Below, piece by piece: positions 1 to 13,870 of a stretch of 64,000 nucleotides of DNA. The first letter of the stretch is position 1. The number at the start of each line of letters is the position of its first letter. The notes under the pieces were generated by a model that saw nothing but the letters and a program-made list of their open reading frames with translations, did no database searches and had not been told where the DNA came from. This DNA comes from Dictyostelium discoideum. Taxonomy: Eukaryota. Position numbers and translations under genes: made by a program. Location: NCBI GenBank assembly GCA_000004695.1, contig CM000153.2, forward strand, positions 3,520,001 through 3,584,000. Reading direction: 5' to 3'.

Positions 1-1
1 T

Positions 2-2685
2 GTATCACCAGCAATTCAACCATCAAGATATGAATTAGAAGGTCATTTAAATCCATCATCTCATAATAGAGATGATAGTAGTAATAACAATAATAATAAT
101 AATAATAATAATAATACAGTGGAATATTCTAGAGGTCATTCAAAAAGTCATTCAAGAAGTGATTCAAAACATCATAATAGGGAGAATTCAAAGAGTGATC
201 GTGATAATTCAAGGAGTGATAATATTCGTTTTGGTAGAAAAGATACATTTAAGAACGCATGGGATTATTTAAGAAATATAGATTTTACATTTTCAAAGAC
301 AAAATATGGTAATACGGTTGTACATCGTTTAAAACATCCACAATTTGGACTTAGTCCTGAAGAGTTACAAAGTTTATATCCTGATCAACCACATGGTATA
401 CCAATAGTTTTAACAAAATGTTTTGAATATTTATCAAAACATTTAGAAACTGAGGGTCTTTTTAGAGTACCTGGTTCAAATAGAGAAGTTAGTCTTTTAA
501 AATTTAAAATTGAAGATGGTGATCTTGACTTTTCTGAAGTTTTAATACCTTATAATATTTGTGGTTTAATTTCAACATTTTTTAAAGAATTACCTGAACC
601 TTTAATACCTTTTGATTATTATAATGATGCAATTTTAATTACAAGTAAATATAAATAATTTATATATATTTATATTCATATATATATATATATATATATT
701 AATTTTAATTTTTTTTATTTTTTTTATATTTTTAGAATTAGGATCAAAAGATAAATATATAATTGGATTAAGAGATTTAGTATTATCATTACCACCAGCA
801 AATTTATGTATGTTAAGAAAATTATTAGAATTTTTATTAACAGTTGAAAAAAAGAATGAATTTAATAAGATGACAATTTCAAATATTAGTATAATTTTCG
901 GTGTAACATTATTAAAGGATCCAGATACAGTTGATCCAATGAAAAGTTTAAATAATATTCAAGCTCAATCAACTATTATAAAATATATGTTAGAATATTT
1001 TAATGATATTTTCAAAGAGGCTTCAGTTGTTAAAGCATATAGAAAATCAATTGTACCAAAAGAACCAATGGATACAACTTCAATTAGTTATTTAGATCCT
1101 GCTGAATCAAATGGTGGTTCACCAAGAACTTCAAATACGCCATATCAACAACAGCACCAATTATCGTCTCAATCAATGGCAAATATTAAACCACGCCCAC
1201 CTTCTCGTTCAAAAATGATGAGAGAAACCATTGTTTTAAGTCCAAGAGTATCCGGTGGTAATAATCAAGTATATGCAAATGCAACAATGACTCGTCCAAT
1301 GTCAAGATTATTTTTTGATCCTGAAATTATTCCATCACCACCTCCAACCACCACAACAACAACAACCACAACAACAAATACCACCACCACCACTACTACT
1401 ACAAATACTACTCCTAATAATACAACGACTGTCAATATTCAACAAAAACCAGTACCACCAAAACCAAATTTAATACCAAGAAAATTACCTCCTAATCCAA
1501 ATTATTCAACATATCCTGCACCATTACCACCAAGACAACCTAATACAATTCCATTGGCACCAATACCACCACCAAAACCCAATTCAACTTATAAAAAACA
1601 AATTACTCAACCACCTCCACCACGTAAACCAACTTCACCTTCACCACCAATTGCAACTTTAAAACCAACTTCAAAATCTGATTTTATACCTTCAACAAAT
1701 AATAATTTAAATAATAATAATACAACAACAACAACTAGCAGTTTAATTAGTATTCCAAAAGCAAAACCACCACCACCAAAGAGAAATAATGTGGTATCAC
1801 CAGCTATAGAAGAACCAATTAATCCAAATCTCAATATAAATTCAACAACAACAACACCAACTCCACCTTTAGCATCATTTAAAAATAATGGTACAATTTC
1901 ATCTGGTAGTAAATCAAATCCAAATTTACAAAATTTATTAAATACTAATCAACCATTAGTTTCATCGAATGGCCCACCAAATAAACCACCACCACAACCA
2001 TTTGAATTATTAAAATCAAAACCAATTACAACAACTCCAACTATTAAAAAAGGTGTAACATTTTCTGAAACTCCAAAAATTTCAAATTCTCCACCATCAC
2101 CATCATCATCCTCACCATCACCACCTCATAACCAACCAATTATTGTTAATAAGCCCATTCCATCTAAATCTGCTCCACCACCAGTTAGAACTACTTCTTC
2201 ACCTAGTATTGTTACAAAGAAATTTGTTCCAACTATACCAACTCAAACTACTACAGCATCATCATCATCAACACCAACCACACCAAAGAATCAACATTTA
2301 TCAAAAGATGACTCATCAATTCCACCAATTAATACTTCTCAAACCAATAATAATATTTCAAATTCATCTATACCAAGTCCAAAATCAAAATCAGCATTAA
2401 GTTTATCAACACCAAAGGATTCAATTACAGGTAAACCAATAAAACCACCTTCAAATAGTGATTTATCAATTAGCACAACTCCATTACCACCGACATCTTC
2501 ATCACCAACTTCATCATCACCTTTACAATCACCAAAAATATCTTCGCCTTCAGTTTTAACAGTTTCACAAAAAATAGCATTAAATGAAAAAATAGCTGCA
2601 AATCAAGCAAAGAAAAATCCTCTTTCAAATAGTGGGGGTTTAAAACAAATTTCACCAGACTTAATAAAATCAAATAATATCAATA

Positions 2686-2690
<5 letters not shown>
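2..2690 (+). CDS. RhoGAP domain protein with long Pro/Thr/Ser-rich C-terminal tail. It is 5'-partial because the ORF is open to the window start. Exons 2..644 and 736..2690.
   Basis: Frame open from nt 2. RhoGAP signature FRVPGS..EV..LK in exon 1 (ORF 119..658). GTAAAT donor at 645 and TTTTAG acceptor ending 735 join in frame to ORF 810..2690, giving ...LITSK|ELGSKDKYIIGLRDLVLSLPPANLCMLRKLLEFLL..., typical RhoGAP helix. The downstream part is low-complexity PPPTTTT and poly-N. Confidence 0.85.
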
Positions 2691-2722
<32 letters not shown>

Positions 2723-2911
2723 ATAAATAATAGTTGAATAAAAAAAAAAAATTAAATATTTAAAAAAAAAAAAAACAAAAAAAAATAATACACTTATTTA
2801 TTATATAAATTTTTTTTTTCGCATTAAATTTTAATTCCCTAATTATATATTAGTGAATTATTTTATTATTTTATTATTTTTTTAAAATTTATATAAATAA
2901 AATAGTGTTAT

Positions 2912-2945
<34 letters not shown>

Positions 2946-3047
2946 CCTTTTTTCTAAAGCTTTTTTTTTTTTTCTTCAAAAAAAAAATAATTAAATAATT
3001 ATTCCGTCTTAATTTAAAATTATAATTTTTTTTTTTTTTTTTTTTAG

Positions 3048-5270
3048 TTAAAGTTTTAAAGATTCAACTATTTTAATACAAGAAGAACTATATGACCAAG
3101 CATCACCAGATAATCTTTTAAATTTAATACCATACATATCCATACCATTTACTTTACATACTTCAATTTCGAAATTGATTGTTTCATTTCTTGGACACAA
3201 AGTTTTACAATCAAAAACATAAAAGTTTCTACGGTAGGAAATTTGAGTTGAATTTAAATTTTCTTCAATGTGTTCAATCAATTGAATTGGATTTAACATT
3301 GTAGTTGTTCCACTATTGAAAGGTCCTTTCATTGAACGAATCTTTGGATTCTTTCCTTTTCCAGATCTAATGGTAATTGCTTTGACAATATCCTCCAAAC
3401 TAAATCTTCTTTTCGATGAAGATGATGAAAATTGAGGTGCACTTGCAGATGCTCCATCAACATTAATATTACTACTACTAACATGTAAAATATTGTTATG
3501 ATTATTATTGTTTAAACCACCATTACTTGAAACAATAACAGGTGAGGAATTTGCTGAAACACTTGTAACAGATTGTCTCTTTTTGAAAATATTATGAAAT
3601 AAACTTGTACTATGATGATTTTGATGATGATGGTGATGGTGATATTGATTTTTACCAGAGGTATTAATATTATTTTGTGAACTACTTAAACTATTATGAT
3701 TATTATTTGGAATATGTCCAATATTTGGATTACTTGAAAATGTTGGTGGACTTCTTTGACCACTAACCGATAATGGTGATAATGGTGGTGTTGTTGAAGT
3801 TGATGGTGATGGTGATATAAATTGTGGTGAAATTGAATGTGGTGATGTTGGTGCACTACAATTAATTTTCTTTTCATCCAAACATGATGATGAATTAAAT
3901 TGAATTGGTTTAATTGAATTATTAATTACATTACTATTATTATTATTATTGTTGTTGATGTTAATGTTAATATTAGAATTACTACTAACATATTGTTTAT
4001 TTTGTGGTATAGTTAAATTTGGTGAACTTTGATTTAATGGTCTATTACTACCAATAATTGTGTCAACAAATAATGGTTTTGGTGATCTTGGTGAATGTTG
4101 TTGTAGTTGAGATTGTGGTTGTAGTTGTTGTTGAGTTTGTTGATGTTGTGGAGTTTGTTGTTGTTGTTCTTTTTCTAAACGATCAGAAACTTTTTTATTA
4201 TATTCTTGATCAGGTTCCATATCATAACCCTTATTAACCCAAACATGAGTTTTAATTTCATCAAGAGTAGCTCTTTCAACTGGTTCAGCAACAATCATTC
4301 TATTGATTAAATCTTTAACATCATCACTTAAAATTACATGAGATGGATATTTGAATTCACCTCTTAACAATCTATCCATACCTTCAACTTGAACACCATC
4401 AGTTAATGTCCATGGTAATTGACCAGTTACCATTGCATATAAAATTACACCCATACTCCAAATATCAACTTCATTACCATTATATCTTTTTTCTAATAAA
4501 ATTTCTGGTGGTGCATAAACTGGAGAACCACAAAATGTTGATAATAAATTTCCTGGTTTAATTATATTACTATAACCAAAATCTTTTTTTTTGTAAAAAA
4601 AAAAATTAAATTAATATATTATTATTTTATTTTTTTTTAAAAGATTATAATACATACCACTAATTTTTAAATTACCATCTTCATCAACTAATAAATTTTC
4701 CAATTTTAAATCTCTATGACACACCATATTTGAATGACAATAGATTAAACCACAAAGCATTTGTCTAAAGAATTTTCTACCTTCTTTCTCTGATAATCTA
4801 CCACGGGCGACAATGTAATCAAATAATTCACCACCAGAAACTAATTCTAAAATCAAACAAATTCTACCGACATCATCTTCATAAATTGCATCATGTAATT
4901 GAATGATGTTATCATGTTTTAAACGTTTTAAAATTGAAATCTCTCTTTCAATTTCTTTTCTTTCTTTTATTCTTTTAGGTTTTGTTATTTTAATAGCATA
5001 TTGTTTTCCAGTTAATATATTTGTACCGATTTTAACTTTACTTGATGTACCAGATCCAATAGTTTTACCCAAGAGATAATTTCCCATTTTGTGACCTTTT
5101 TTATGTTGTTGTTGTTGGGGTTTATTTCTATATCCAGGTGATACTTTATTTTGTTTTGGCGAATTTGATGATGAAGATGTTGTTGAATTTGATGAACATG
5201 ATGTTGAGCATGATACTTCTTGAATTGTTTCCAATTGAATATCATTATATGATGAAACAGCTGTTGCCAT
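3048..5270 (-). CDS. AMPK/Snf1-family (AMPK-related) Ser/Thr protein kinase with a C-terminal KA1-like tail ending ..ESLKL. Exons complement(4658..5270) and complement(3048..4582).
   Basis: ORFs 4611..5270 and 3048..4454 are joined by a GTATGT...AAAAAG intron (4583..4657), restoring HRDLKLENLLVDEDGNLKIS|DFGYSNIIKPGNLLSTFCGSPVYAPPE. Motifs GSGTSSKVKIG, SGGELFDYI and HRDLKLEN are close to AMPK alpha/MARK. The C-terminus KFKRLSGDAWSYSSSCIKIVESLKL resembles a KA1 domain with an ELKL-like end. Confidence 0.9.
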
Positions 5271-5879
5271 TTTATATTATTTTTTAAATTATTTATTAAA
5301 TTTAAAATTATTTTGTAAAATTTAATTAATCTTTTTTTTTTTTTTTTTTTTTAATTTATTATTATTATTTTCTTATTCTGATTTAAATTTGTAATGAGAC
5401 TGTTAATTTAAATAAAATTTTTTTTTTTTTATTTTTTTTTTTTTTAAATTTAAAATTAAATAAATTAAATTAATTAATAATTTATTTTTTTTATAGTTTA
5501 TGATAAATAAAAATACAAGAATTGAAATTTAAAATTTTATAAATAAAATAAATAATAATTAAAGAAAATAAAAATAAAAAATTTTAAATAAATGAAATTT
5601 AAAATTATAATTATTATTTTTTTTTTTTTATAATAAATAGTTATTTGGGTTTGGGTATTTGTTTGTGAGAGTGAAAAAATTCGGTTATTTGTTTAAAATA
5701 CCAATTAATAAATCAAAAAAAATTTATTTGATTTAATACTGGAAAAAAAAAAATAATCATTATTTGTTTTATACAAAAAAAAAAAAAAAAAAAACAATCA
5801 TATTAATTTTTAAAATAAAAAATAAAAATAAAAAATAAATCAAATCAAATAAAATAATCCATTAAGCATAAAAAGTAAA

Positions 5880-6260
5880 CAATGTTTTGAAAAAGGATGG
5901 TGTTATTATGTGGGTCAGTGTTTATTTGTTTATATTTGTGTTTGGGTGTGTATGCGATTAATTTAACTTTAGGTTAAATATGTTACTTTTTTTTGGGATA
6001 TTGAAGAATATGTGTGTATGTATGTGTGTGTGTGAAGGTTGATTGATTAATAATAATAATAATGGTGGGATTAATTATTTTTTTTGAGTCGACTATTGAG
6101 TTATTTTTAATGTGCTTATTTTTTTTTTTTATGTGTATCTGTATGTGTATTTGTTTGATTATGTGTATGTATGTGTGTGTGTGAGTGTGTGTTGTTAAGT
6201 TAATAAGTGTGGGTTTTTGATTAAAATAAATATTTTTTTAAATGTGGAGGTTATTAATAA
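5880..6260. repeat. GT-rich (TG/TGTGTA)n microsatellite island, CA-rich on the minus strand
   Basis: Seen directly: runs of gtgtgtatgtatgtgtgtgtgtga, gtgtatctgtatgtgtatttg and gtgtgtgtgagtgtgtgttg. Similar CA/GT-rich islands lie at about 8570-8760 and 10680-10870. Confidence 0.7.
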
Positions 6261-6345
6261 TATTGTTGTTTGTTACCATATAAATCCATATAAATATATT
6301 TAAATATTATTAATGAAATGAAAGGATTTAGATTAAATAATTATT

Positions 6346-6376
<31 letters not shown>

Positions 6377-6825
6377 CTTGGGTTTTTTAATATTGAAAAA
6401 ATAATGAAAAAAAAAAATTAAATAATGATTATAGATAAAGATTTTTAAATCTGAATACAATAAAAAGAAATAATTGTATCGAAAATGGTTTGTTTTACAA
6501 ATTTAAGTATTATATCCATTTTTTATTTGTAAAATGTCGAAAAATAACCACAACACCACTCCCTCTCCTTAAAACACAAACGAAAAAAAATTCTGTCGCA
6601 ACTTTATCAATTATCTTTTATTATTACTTCAATTATTTTAAAATAATGAAATAAAATAAAACTATAAAAAAAAAAAAAAAAAAAAAAAAGTTTTACCCCA
6701 ATTGTTTATCATCACTAAATGTAGTGATGATGAAATTAAAAAATAAAAAATAATTAAATAATAATTTCTTTTTTTTTTTTTTTTTTAAGTATAAATTTGA
6801 TTATAATAAATAAAAGAGATATAAA

Positions 6826-6870
<45 letters not shown>

Positions 6871-7216
6871 ATTGAAAGGGGTGATTTTTTTTTTTTTGTT
6901 TATACATATTTAATCTAATATATTTAAAATATTTTTAATTTACACATCACATATATAATGAAACATACCCAAAATTAATATAATTTCTTTTTTTTTTTAA
7001 AAATTTTTTTTTTTTCCCAATTATCTGTTAAATTAAAAATAATCATTAATAATTTTATTACAAAACATTTAAATGATTCTATAAAAAATAATATTATGTG
7101 TGAATATATGTGTGGAGTGATATGATTTTATAGTAGTTTTTGGGGGGGTTAATTTTAAAAAAAAAACCCTGGATTTCCCAAAAAAAAATTTAAAAATAGA
7201 AAGGAAAATTAAAAAT

Positions 7217-7248
<32 letters not shown>

Positions 7249-7415
7249 CAAAAAAACCAACCTTTTTTTTTTTTTTTTTTTTTTTGTATTATTTATTTGA
7301 ATTTTATCAACATCAGTGAATGAAAATTAAATATTATAAAAGATTTTTGTGGTTTATTAAAGAAAATGAATTATAAAACTGAGAATAATTATTTGATTTA
7401 CTATTAATTTTTTAA

Positions 7416-7446
<31 letters not shown>

Positions 7447-7785
7447 AAAAATAATTAATTAAATTTTTTAAATTTTTTTTTAAACATATTTAAAATAAGT
7501 ATCTACCAAAAATATTATTATTTTAATAATTATTATTTCTTTAATCAAATAAAAATTTATTTACCCAATAATTGAAATTAAAAAAATAAAAAAAATAATT
7601 ATTAACAATACAGAAGTTATTGTTTAAAACATACTTATAAGTGTAACAGATCAGAAAGTTTGCCAGTATTAAAAAATAAAAAAAAATAATATTTATTTAA
7701 ATATTATTTTTATGTATTTATATAAATACTTAACAATAAAAATAATAATTAAAAAAAAAAAAAAAATTTTGATTGAATAAATAAT

Positions 7786-7857
<72 letters not shown>

Positions 7858-9039
7858 CTGTTCCCACTAAATATTAAATACCCAAATGGAATTAATTATT
7901 ATTTGATTTGAATTTTTATTATGAACAGTGGTGATGTTGTTGCTACTTCATAAACTACAACTCTTATATATATATATATATAAATATGTTTTTTTTTTTT
8001 TTTTTTTTATTTTTTGAATACATACAAATAATATTATTTTTATTATTATTTTGTATTTTATTTCATAATAGGAAAATTTAAATGCTCTCTGTCAAATATA
8101 TTTTTTTACTACCCAATATAACAGAAGTATATTATTTTTTTATTTTTTTTATTTTTTTATTTGAGAACAAAAAAGGAGAGGATTAAAATTGAAGGAAAAA
8201 AAGAAAAAAAAGAAAAAAAAGAAAAAAAAACAATAATAAAAAAAAAAAAAAATTATTTTGATATGATATATTCTATTATGATAATAGTTTAAATGTTCAA
8301 CAAAACAACAAAAACAAAAACCCACCATTAGTGGTAATTTTCACTCAAAAACAGCAAAAATTATTTTTTAACAACACACACGATCCAAAAAAAAAAAAAA
8401 AAAAAAAAAAAAAATAAAAAAAACAAAAATAATAAAAAAAAAAAAACAAAACCCCAGAAAAAAGAAAGGTTTTTTTTTTTTTTCTATTTTAAATTTTAAA
8501 ATTTTTTTATCTCTATGTAAAATTAAAAGAATTCCCCCCACCAAAAAAAAAAAAAAAAAAAAAAAAAAAAACAAACAAAACACACTAACTAAACACACTC
8601 ACTTACACACAATTTTGTAAACATTAAAAAACCAACCAACGAATATCAGTATTAACTTTTTTTTTACATGTGCGATCATATTCGACTTAATAATAATATA
8701 ATTTTAAGTGAGGTTGGGATTATTATTTAATTGTGTGTGAGTGTGAGTGTGTGATTTTTTTTTTTTTTAATTTAAAGTAACAATACTACTAGATAGAAGT
8801 AAAAAATATATAAATAAATAAAATAATTATTTTTTGACAAAACAGTGTATCATTTTTTTTCCAGTTTTTTTTTTTTTTTTTTTTTTATTATTAAATTTAT
8901 TTATTTTGATTTTTCGTTCCAATGATATATACAAAAGTATGGGTAAAATCTCATGATTTTGAAATTTTTTGCGTATAAACAAACTATTAAATTTTAAAAT
9001 GGTTTTATTGTGGGGTGTAGTATAGTTTGAGTGTACACA

Positions 9040-9073
<34 letters not shown>

Positions 9074-9663
9074 ATTGGATGACAGAATAATAAGGTGAGG
9101 TCATTTTATTATTTTTTTTTTTATTTTTTATTTTTTTATTTTTTTTTTGTGGGGTTGATGTAAGATTTTGAAAATAAAACAATACTACAAGTAAAAAAAA
9201 AAAAAAAAAAACAATATTTAATCTGAATTAATGATTTTCTTATAAAATATTGCTATTTTCTTCTGTATATATGATTGTCTCGATAAACAGAGATAAAATT
9301 TTTATTTGAATAAACAACACAAAAAAAATAAAAAATAAAAAAAAAAGATTATCAAAAATAAAAAATAAAAAAATAAAAAAAAACAAATAAATAAATTACA
9401 AAATAATTTGAAAAATTAAAAAAAATATGGGCTTAATGATTTTATATGATGATCCCATATTTTTTTTTTTTTTTTTTTTTCTATTTCTTTTTTTTTTTTT
9501 TTATATATATGATTACAATTTGAATTTGGTACTTTTAATTTATTTATTTTTTGAAAAAAGAACAATTAAGTGATGTAAAAAAATTCAAATAAAGCTTACC
9601 TCTAAATAATTTATATTTCACAAAATTAACTTGAAATTTTTTTTTTTCTTTTTTTTTTATAAA

Positions 9664-9671
9664 TAATATAA

Positions 9672-9713
<42 letters not shown>
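9664..9713. repeat. (AAAT)n tetranucleotide microsatellite, about 12 units
   Basis: aaataaataaataaataaataaataaataaataaataaataaa seen directly. A similar (AAAT)n lies at about 20595-20640. Confidence 0.8.
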
Positions 9714-9714
<1 letters not shown>

Positions 9715-9899
9715 AAACTGGGTTTAATATATGTCCAAATATAAAAAAAAAAAAAATTTGATTGGAATATTAATAAATAAATATATATATATAACTGTGA
9801 TGTGCACGAAAATGTAACAACTATTTTGTTTTTTTTTTTTAATTTTAATTATATTTTTAATTTTGGGATTTAATTTAATTAAATTAAATTTGGTTTTAT

Positions 9900-9951
<52 letters not shown>

Positions 9952-10773
9952 CTAGATTTGTTTTAATGTATGAATAAATAAATCGAAATAATTATTAAAA
10001 ATATTTTCAAATAAATTAACTGAATGATGTTTTTTGTTTTGGTTAGGTTTTTTTTTTTTTTTTTTTTTTTTTTTGATTTTAAATATATATGGATTAATTA
10101 GGAAATTAATTTTTGTATTTAATGTACAATGAATGTTGTAGTTTAAAATTTAATAAATGAAAATAATAATTTAAAAAAGAAAAAAAAAAATGGTAATGTG
10201 CAGATAAAAAAATTAAATTTTATTTGTATTATTATTTTTATTTTTTTTTTTTTTTTATTTTTTTTTTTTAGTGTGTTGCTGAAAAAAACAAAGATATATC
10301 GTATCTTTTTAGGAAGTTATCTTTTGGATAATAATTTTATATTATAATTATTTTAAAATAATTTGAATCAATTTTTACTTGTGAAATAATAGCAACAAAT
10401 ATACTATGATATTTTTAAATTTGAAAGAAAAAAAAATTAAAAAAAAAAAAAAAAAAAAACAATAATAAAAATAATAATAATATTAATAATAAAAATATTA
10501 TTAATAATCCACACAAATTCACCCTTAAATACGGGTAATGGGAAAAATAACAATATTGAATTCACTATTGAATTTAACGATACTAGTAAAATAAAAGGTT
10601 ACATTTCTATCACCTTACTGAGATAATTAAAATATAATTTTTTTAATGGGAGAGATTGAGAAATTGTGAGTAAGTGAAATTATATATATTGTGGTAGAGT
10701 AGTGGTAGTAGTAGTAGTGGTAGTGGTGGTGGTAGTGGTAAGTTGGTGGGTGGGTGAATTTATTTTTTTAGTT

Positions 10774-10808
<35 letters not shown>

Positions 10809-11316
10809 TGAACAAATTTTACACTCACCCTCTGAACCTAACACACACACACATTTCAAAAGACCCACATAATGAGATTTATCTATCATATTAAATTTTT
10901 TTCCAATGTATTTAACAGCAACCAATATTAATAATAATAATAATAATAATATTAATTATAATAAAAAAAATAAAAAAATAATATAAATCTACAAAAGTTG
11001 AAAATTTTCAAATCCCACTGTTTTTACATTAAAGTTGGTACCATTAATGACGGATTTGTTTGATTTTTCTAATTTAGAAAATTGCCATTATAATTATTAT
11101 TATAACATCATTTTTTAATTTAACAATAAAATTGTTTATATATATATTTATATAAAAATTATTAAAAACACATCATAACACCATTTCGTTAAAACACAAA
11201 AATTTATAATTTTAATTATTATTATTATTTCATTTAATTTTTCAATTTTTTTTATTCAAAATTTTATTACATATGCATATTTAATTAGCAAATTCAAGAA
11301 AAAAAGCCCCGCATTA

Positions 11317-11351
<35 letters not shown>

Positions 11352-11931
11352 TACTATTTTTTATATTCACAATTTGCCCTTTTAATAATCAATATATACT
11401 AATATATATCGTAATAATAACTGATTTTTTTAAAAACAATGGTGTATCAATGATGATATATTGTGGGTATGTGGGAAGATAGATTAATTAATTATTTAAC
11501 CCATTTTTTAAAATTAAAAATAAAGATTTATCAAAAAAAAAAAAAAAAAAAGTGTATAAAAAAAAAAAAATAATAAAAAATAATAATAATAATAATAATA
11601 AAAATAATAATTATAATAAAAAAAAAATATTAATTTTATTTCCAAATTATTTCATATTAATATTTGGAATTATCACATATATAATGACATTATGTTTTTA
11701 TTATTTTGAATTTAATTTTTTATTTTATTTTATTTTTTTTTATTTTATTTTTTTTTTTAATTATTAATTAAATAAATAAATACATATAATTATTTATTTT
11801 TAATTTATTTTTTATTTTTTATTTTTATTTTTATTTTTTTGTTATTGTTAATTTTTTATTTTTTATTTTTTTTTTTTATTTTTATTTTTTTTTATTTTAA
11901 TTTTTATTTTTATTTTTATTTTTGTATCTAT

Positions 11932-12234
11932 CTACATTTGAATTGATGATGATTTATTATCTGGGTTACTTGAAAGTGTATGATTGTAAATCATGGAAAT
12001 AATATCAGTTATTGTTATAATACCAATAGGTTTTCCACCTTCAACTAAATGAACTCTATGAATTTGATTATTTAAAAATATATTGAATAATTCTGATAAT
12101 TTTGTAGATTTATCACATGTTATTGGTGGTCTTTCTTCAACATACATTTTTAATGGTAATGATAATTTATCTAAATTTGATGATGCATACTTTTTTTTTT
12201 TTTTCAAATAAATAAATTTAAAATTTAAAAATTA

Positions 12235-12312
<78 letters not shown>

Positions 12313-13242
12313 TAAAATAAAATTAAATAATAATAAAGATAAAAAAAAAGTTAATATCATTAATAACTGATTTATTTTTTTTTTTTTTTTTTTTTTTTTT
12401 ATTATTTTTAAAAAAAAAAAATACAAACTTTTAAATCATGAATTGAAATATTACCAACTATTTGATTTTTATCATTAACAATTGGCATACCATAAATTTT
12501 ATATTTTTGAATTAATTGAAATGCTTTAAAGACAGGTTCGGTATCAAGGATTGAATGTACTTTTGAGAAGGAATGAAGGTTGTAAGTACGATCTAAAGAG
12601 ATGATATCCTTATTTTTCATATCACCAAATTCATGAGCATTATCTTTAAACCATTTCAAAATTGATAATTGAGTAATCATTTCAATTTGTTTCTTTTCAT
12701 TTAAAATGAATGCTCTATGAACACCGGTATCAAAGTATTTCAAAAGTTGAAGAACTGATGATTTCTTATCCAATATCGTGAATGGGAATAACTCCATATC
12801 GGTTATTGAACTTTCGACGTAATCACCAGTTGGTGGGAATGGTAATTTATAAAGTATATAACTTAAAAAATGTTTTAAATCACAAATTCCAATAAATTTC
12901 TCTTTTTTTGAATCATAAACTGGTGCTGATAATTGGTCAATTATAACCTATACATAAATTATTAATATAAATAAAATGAAATAAAAAATTTTAAAATTAA
13001 TAATTTTATAATTAATATAAATAATTATAATTATAATTATAATTATAATAAAATAATTTTACATTAAAACCATCTTCAATTGAAATATTTGTATCTAAAA
13101 TTTGAACTTTTTGTAATTCTAATGTTGATGTTGAAATTGGTTGTAATAGGAAATGTAAAGGATTTTTCATTGTAATTATTTTTTCTGAACTACATTTTCG
13201 CATTCCATAATTTGATTGAGATTTTTTATCTGTTGCTGACAT
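11932..13242 (-). CDS. CBS-domain protein, AMPK gamma/Snf4-like, about 319 aa. Exons complement(13063..13242), complement(12429..12947) and complement(11932..12189).
   Basis: Three minus-strand ORFs in compatible phases are joined by a GTAAAA...TATAG intron (12948..13062) and a GTTTGT...(TAA)n...AAAAG intron (12190..12428). The product has CBS-pair features. Segments TQLSILKWF and HRVHLVEGGKPIGIITITDIISMI resemble AMPK-gamma segments LTHKRILKFL and HRLVVVDENDVVKGIVSLSDIL. Confidence 0.7.
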
Positions 13243-13547
13243 TTTTAAATGATTGTTAAAAAAAAAAATTAATTGAACTTAAATATATATATGTTTGTGT
13301 AAATATGAGTGAGTCTTTGTGATATTTAAAAATATAAAAAAAAAAAAAATAATAAAATTAAACAAAAATAAAAATTAAAATTAAAAAAAAAAAAAAGATA
13401 AAATAAGTTTATTTAATTTAGGGAGATCTACAAAAATTCAACTTCCAATTTTAGTAAAATTATTACATAAATCTCATTTCATAATTTTTTTTTTTTATTT
13501 TTGTTTTTTTTTTTTTTAATTAAAAATTAAAAACAAAAATAAATATC

Positions 13548-13579
<32 letters not shown>

Positions 13580-13627
13580 CCAAAAGTTTCAAAAAAGGAA
13601 ATAAAATATTAAAAAAATTTTTAATTT

Positions 13628-13665
<38 letters not shown>

Positions 13666-13870
13666 AAGGAAAAAATTGTTTTTTAAAAGCAAAAAATAAA
13701 AATTTTATTTTTTTTTTTTTTTTTTTTTTTAATTAAATTTTTTTTTTTTTTTTTTTTTTTTTAAAGTTAATGATCATCGAAAATAAATAATAATAATAAT
13801 AACAAAAATAATAATTTATGAATATATTTTATAAAATATAAATCATTTAAAATAAAATTAAAAAAAAAAA

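Noticed and set aside
72-272. Short ORFs inside or antisense to low-complexity coding DNA (72..272, 1607..1834, 2143..2400, 2470..2673, 3686..3877, 5012..5245, 25554..26018, 26054..26260, 28213..28416, 28464..28685, 36008..36229, 37121..37390, 37415..37642, 59446..59658, 60125..60334, 60469..60684, 63206..63682, 63253..63480)
   Set aside because: They overlap well-supported genes in other frames or strands. Their composition (poly-I/V/H/L/F) reflects translation of AAT/CAA/ACC repeats, not genes.
7069-7260. Poly-F/poly-K ORFs in AT-rich spacers (7069.., 8368.., 8994.., 11552.., 12232.., 16012.., 16031.., 18124.., 20519.., 21211.., 25072.., 25360.., 38440.., 38859.., 39294.., 57126.., 61611..)
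   Set aside because: They are translations of poly(T)/poly(A) and (TAA)n tracts. No start context or codon structure supports them.
10680-10925. ORF 10680..10925 (minus) with a T16 run and HQ-rich peptide
   Set aside because: It reads through a (GGTAGT)n/(ACC)n microsatellite and a poly-A tract. It is a repeat artefact.
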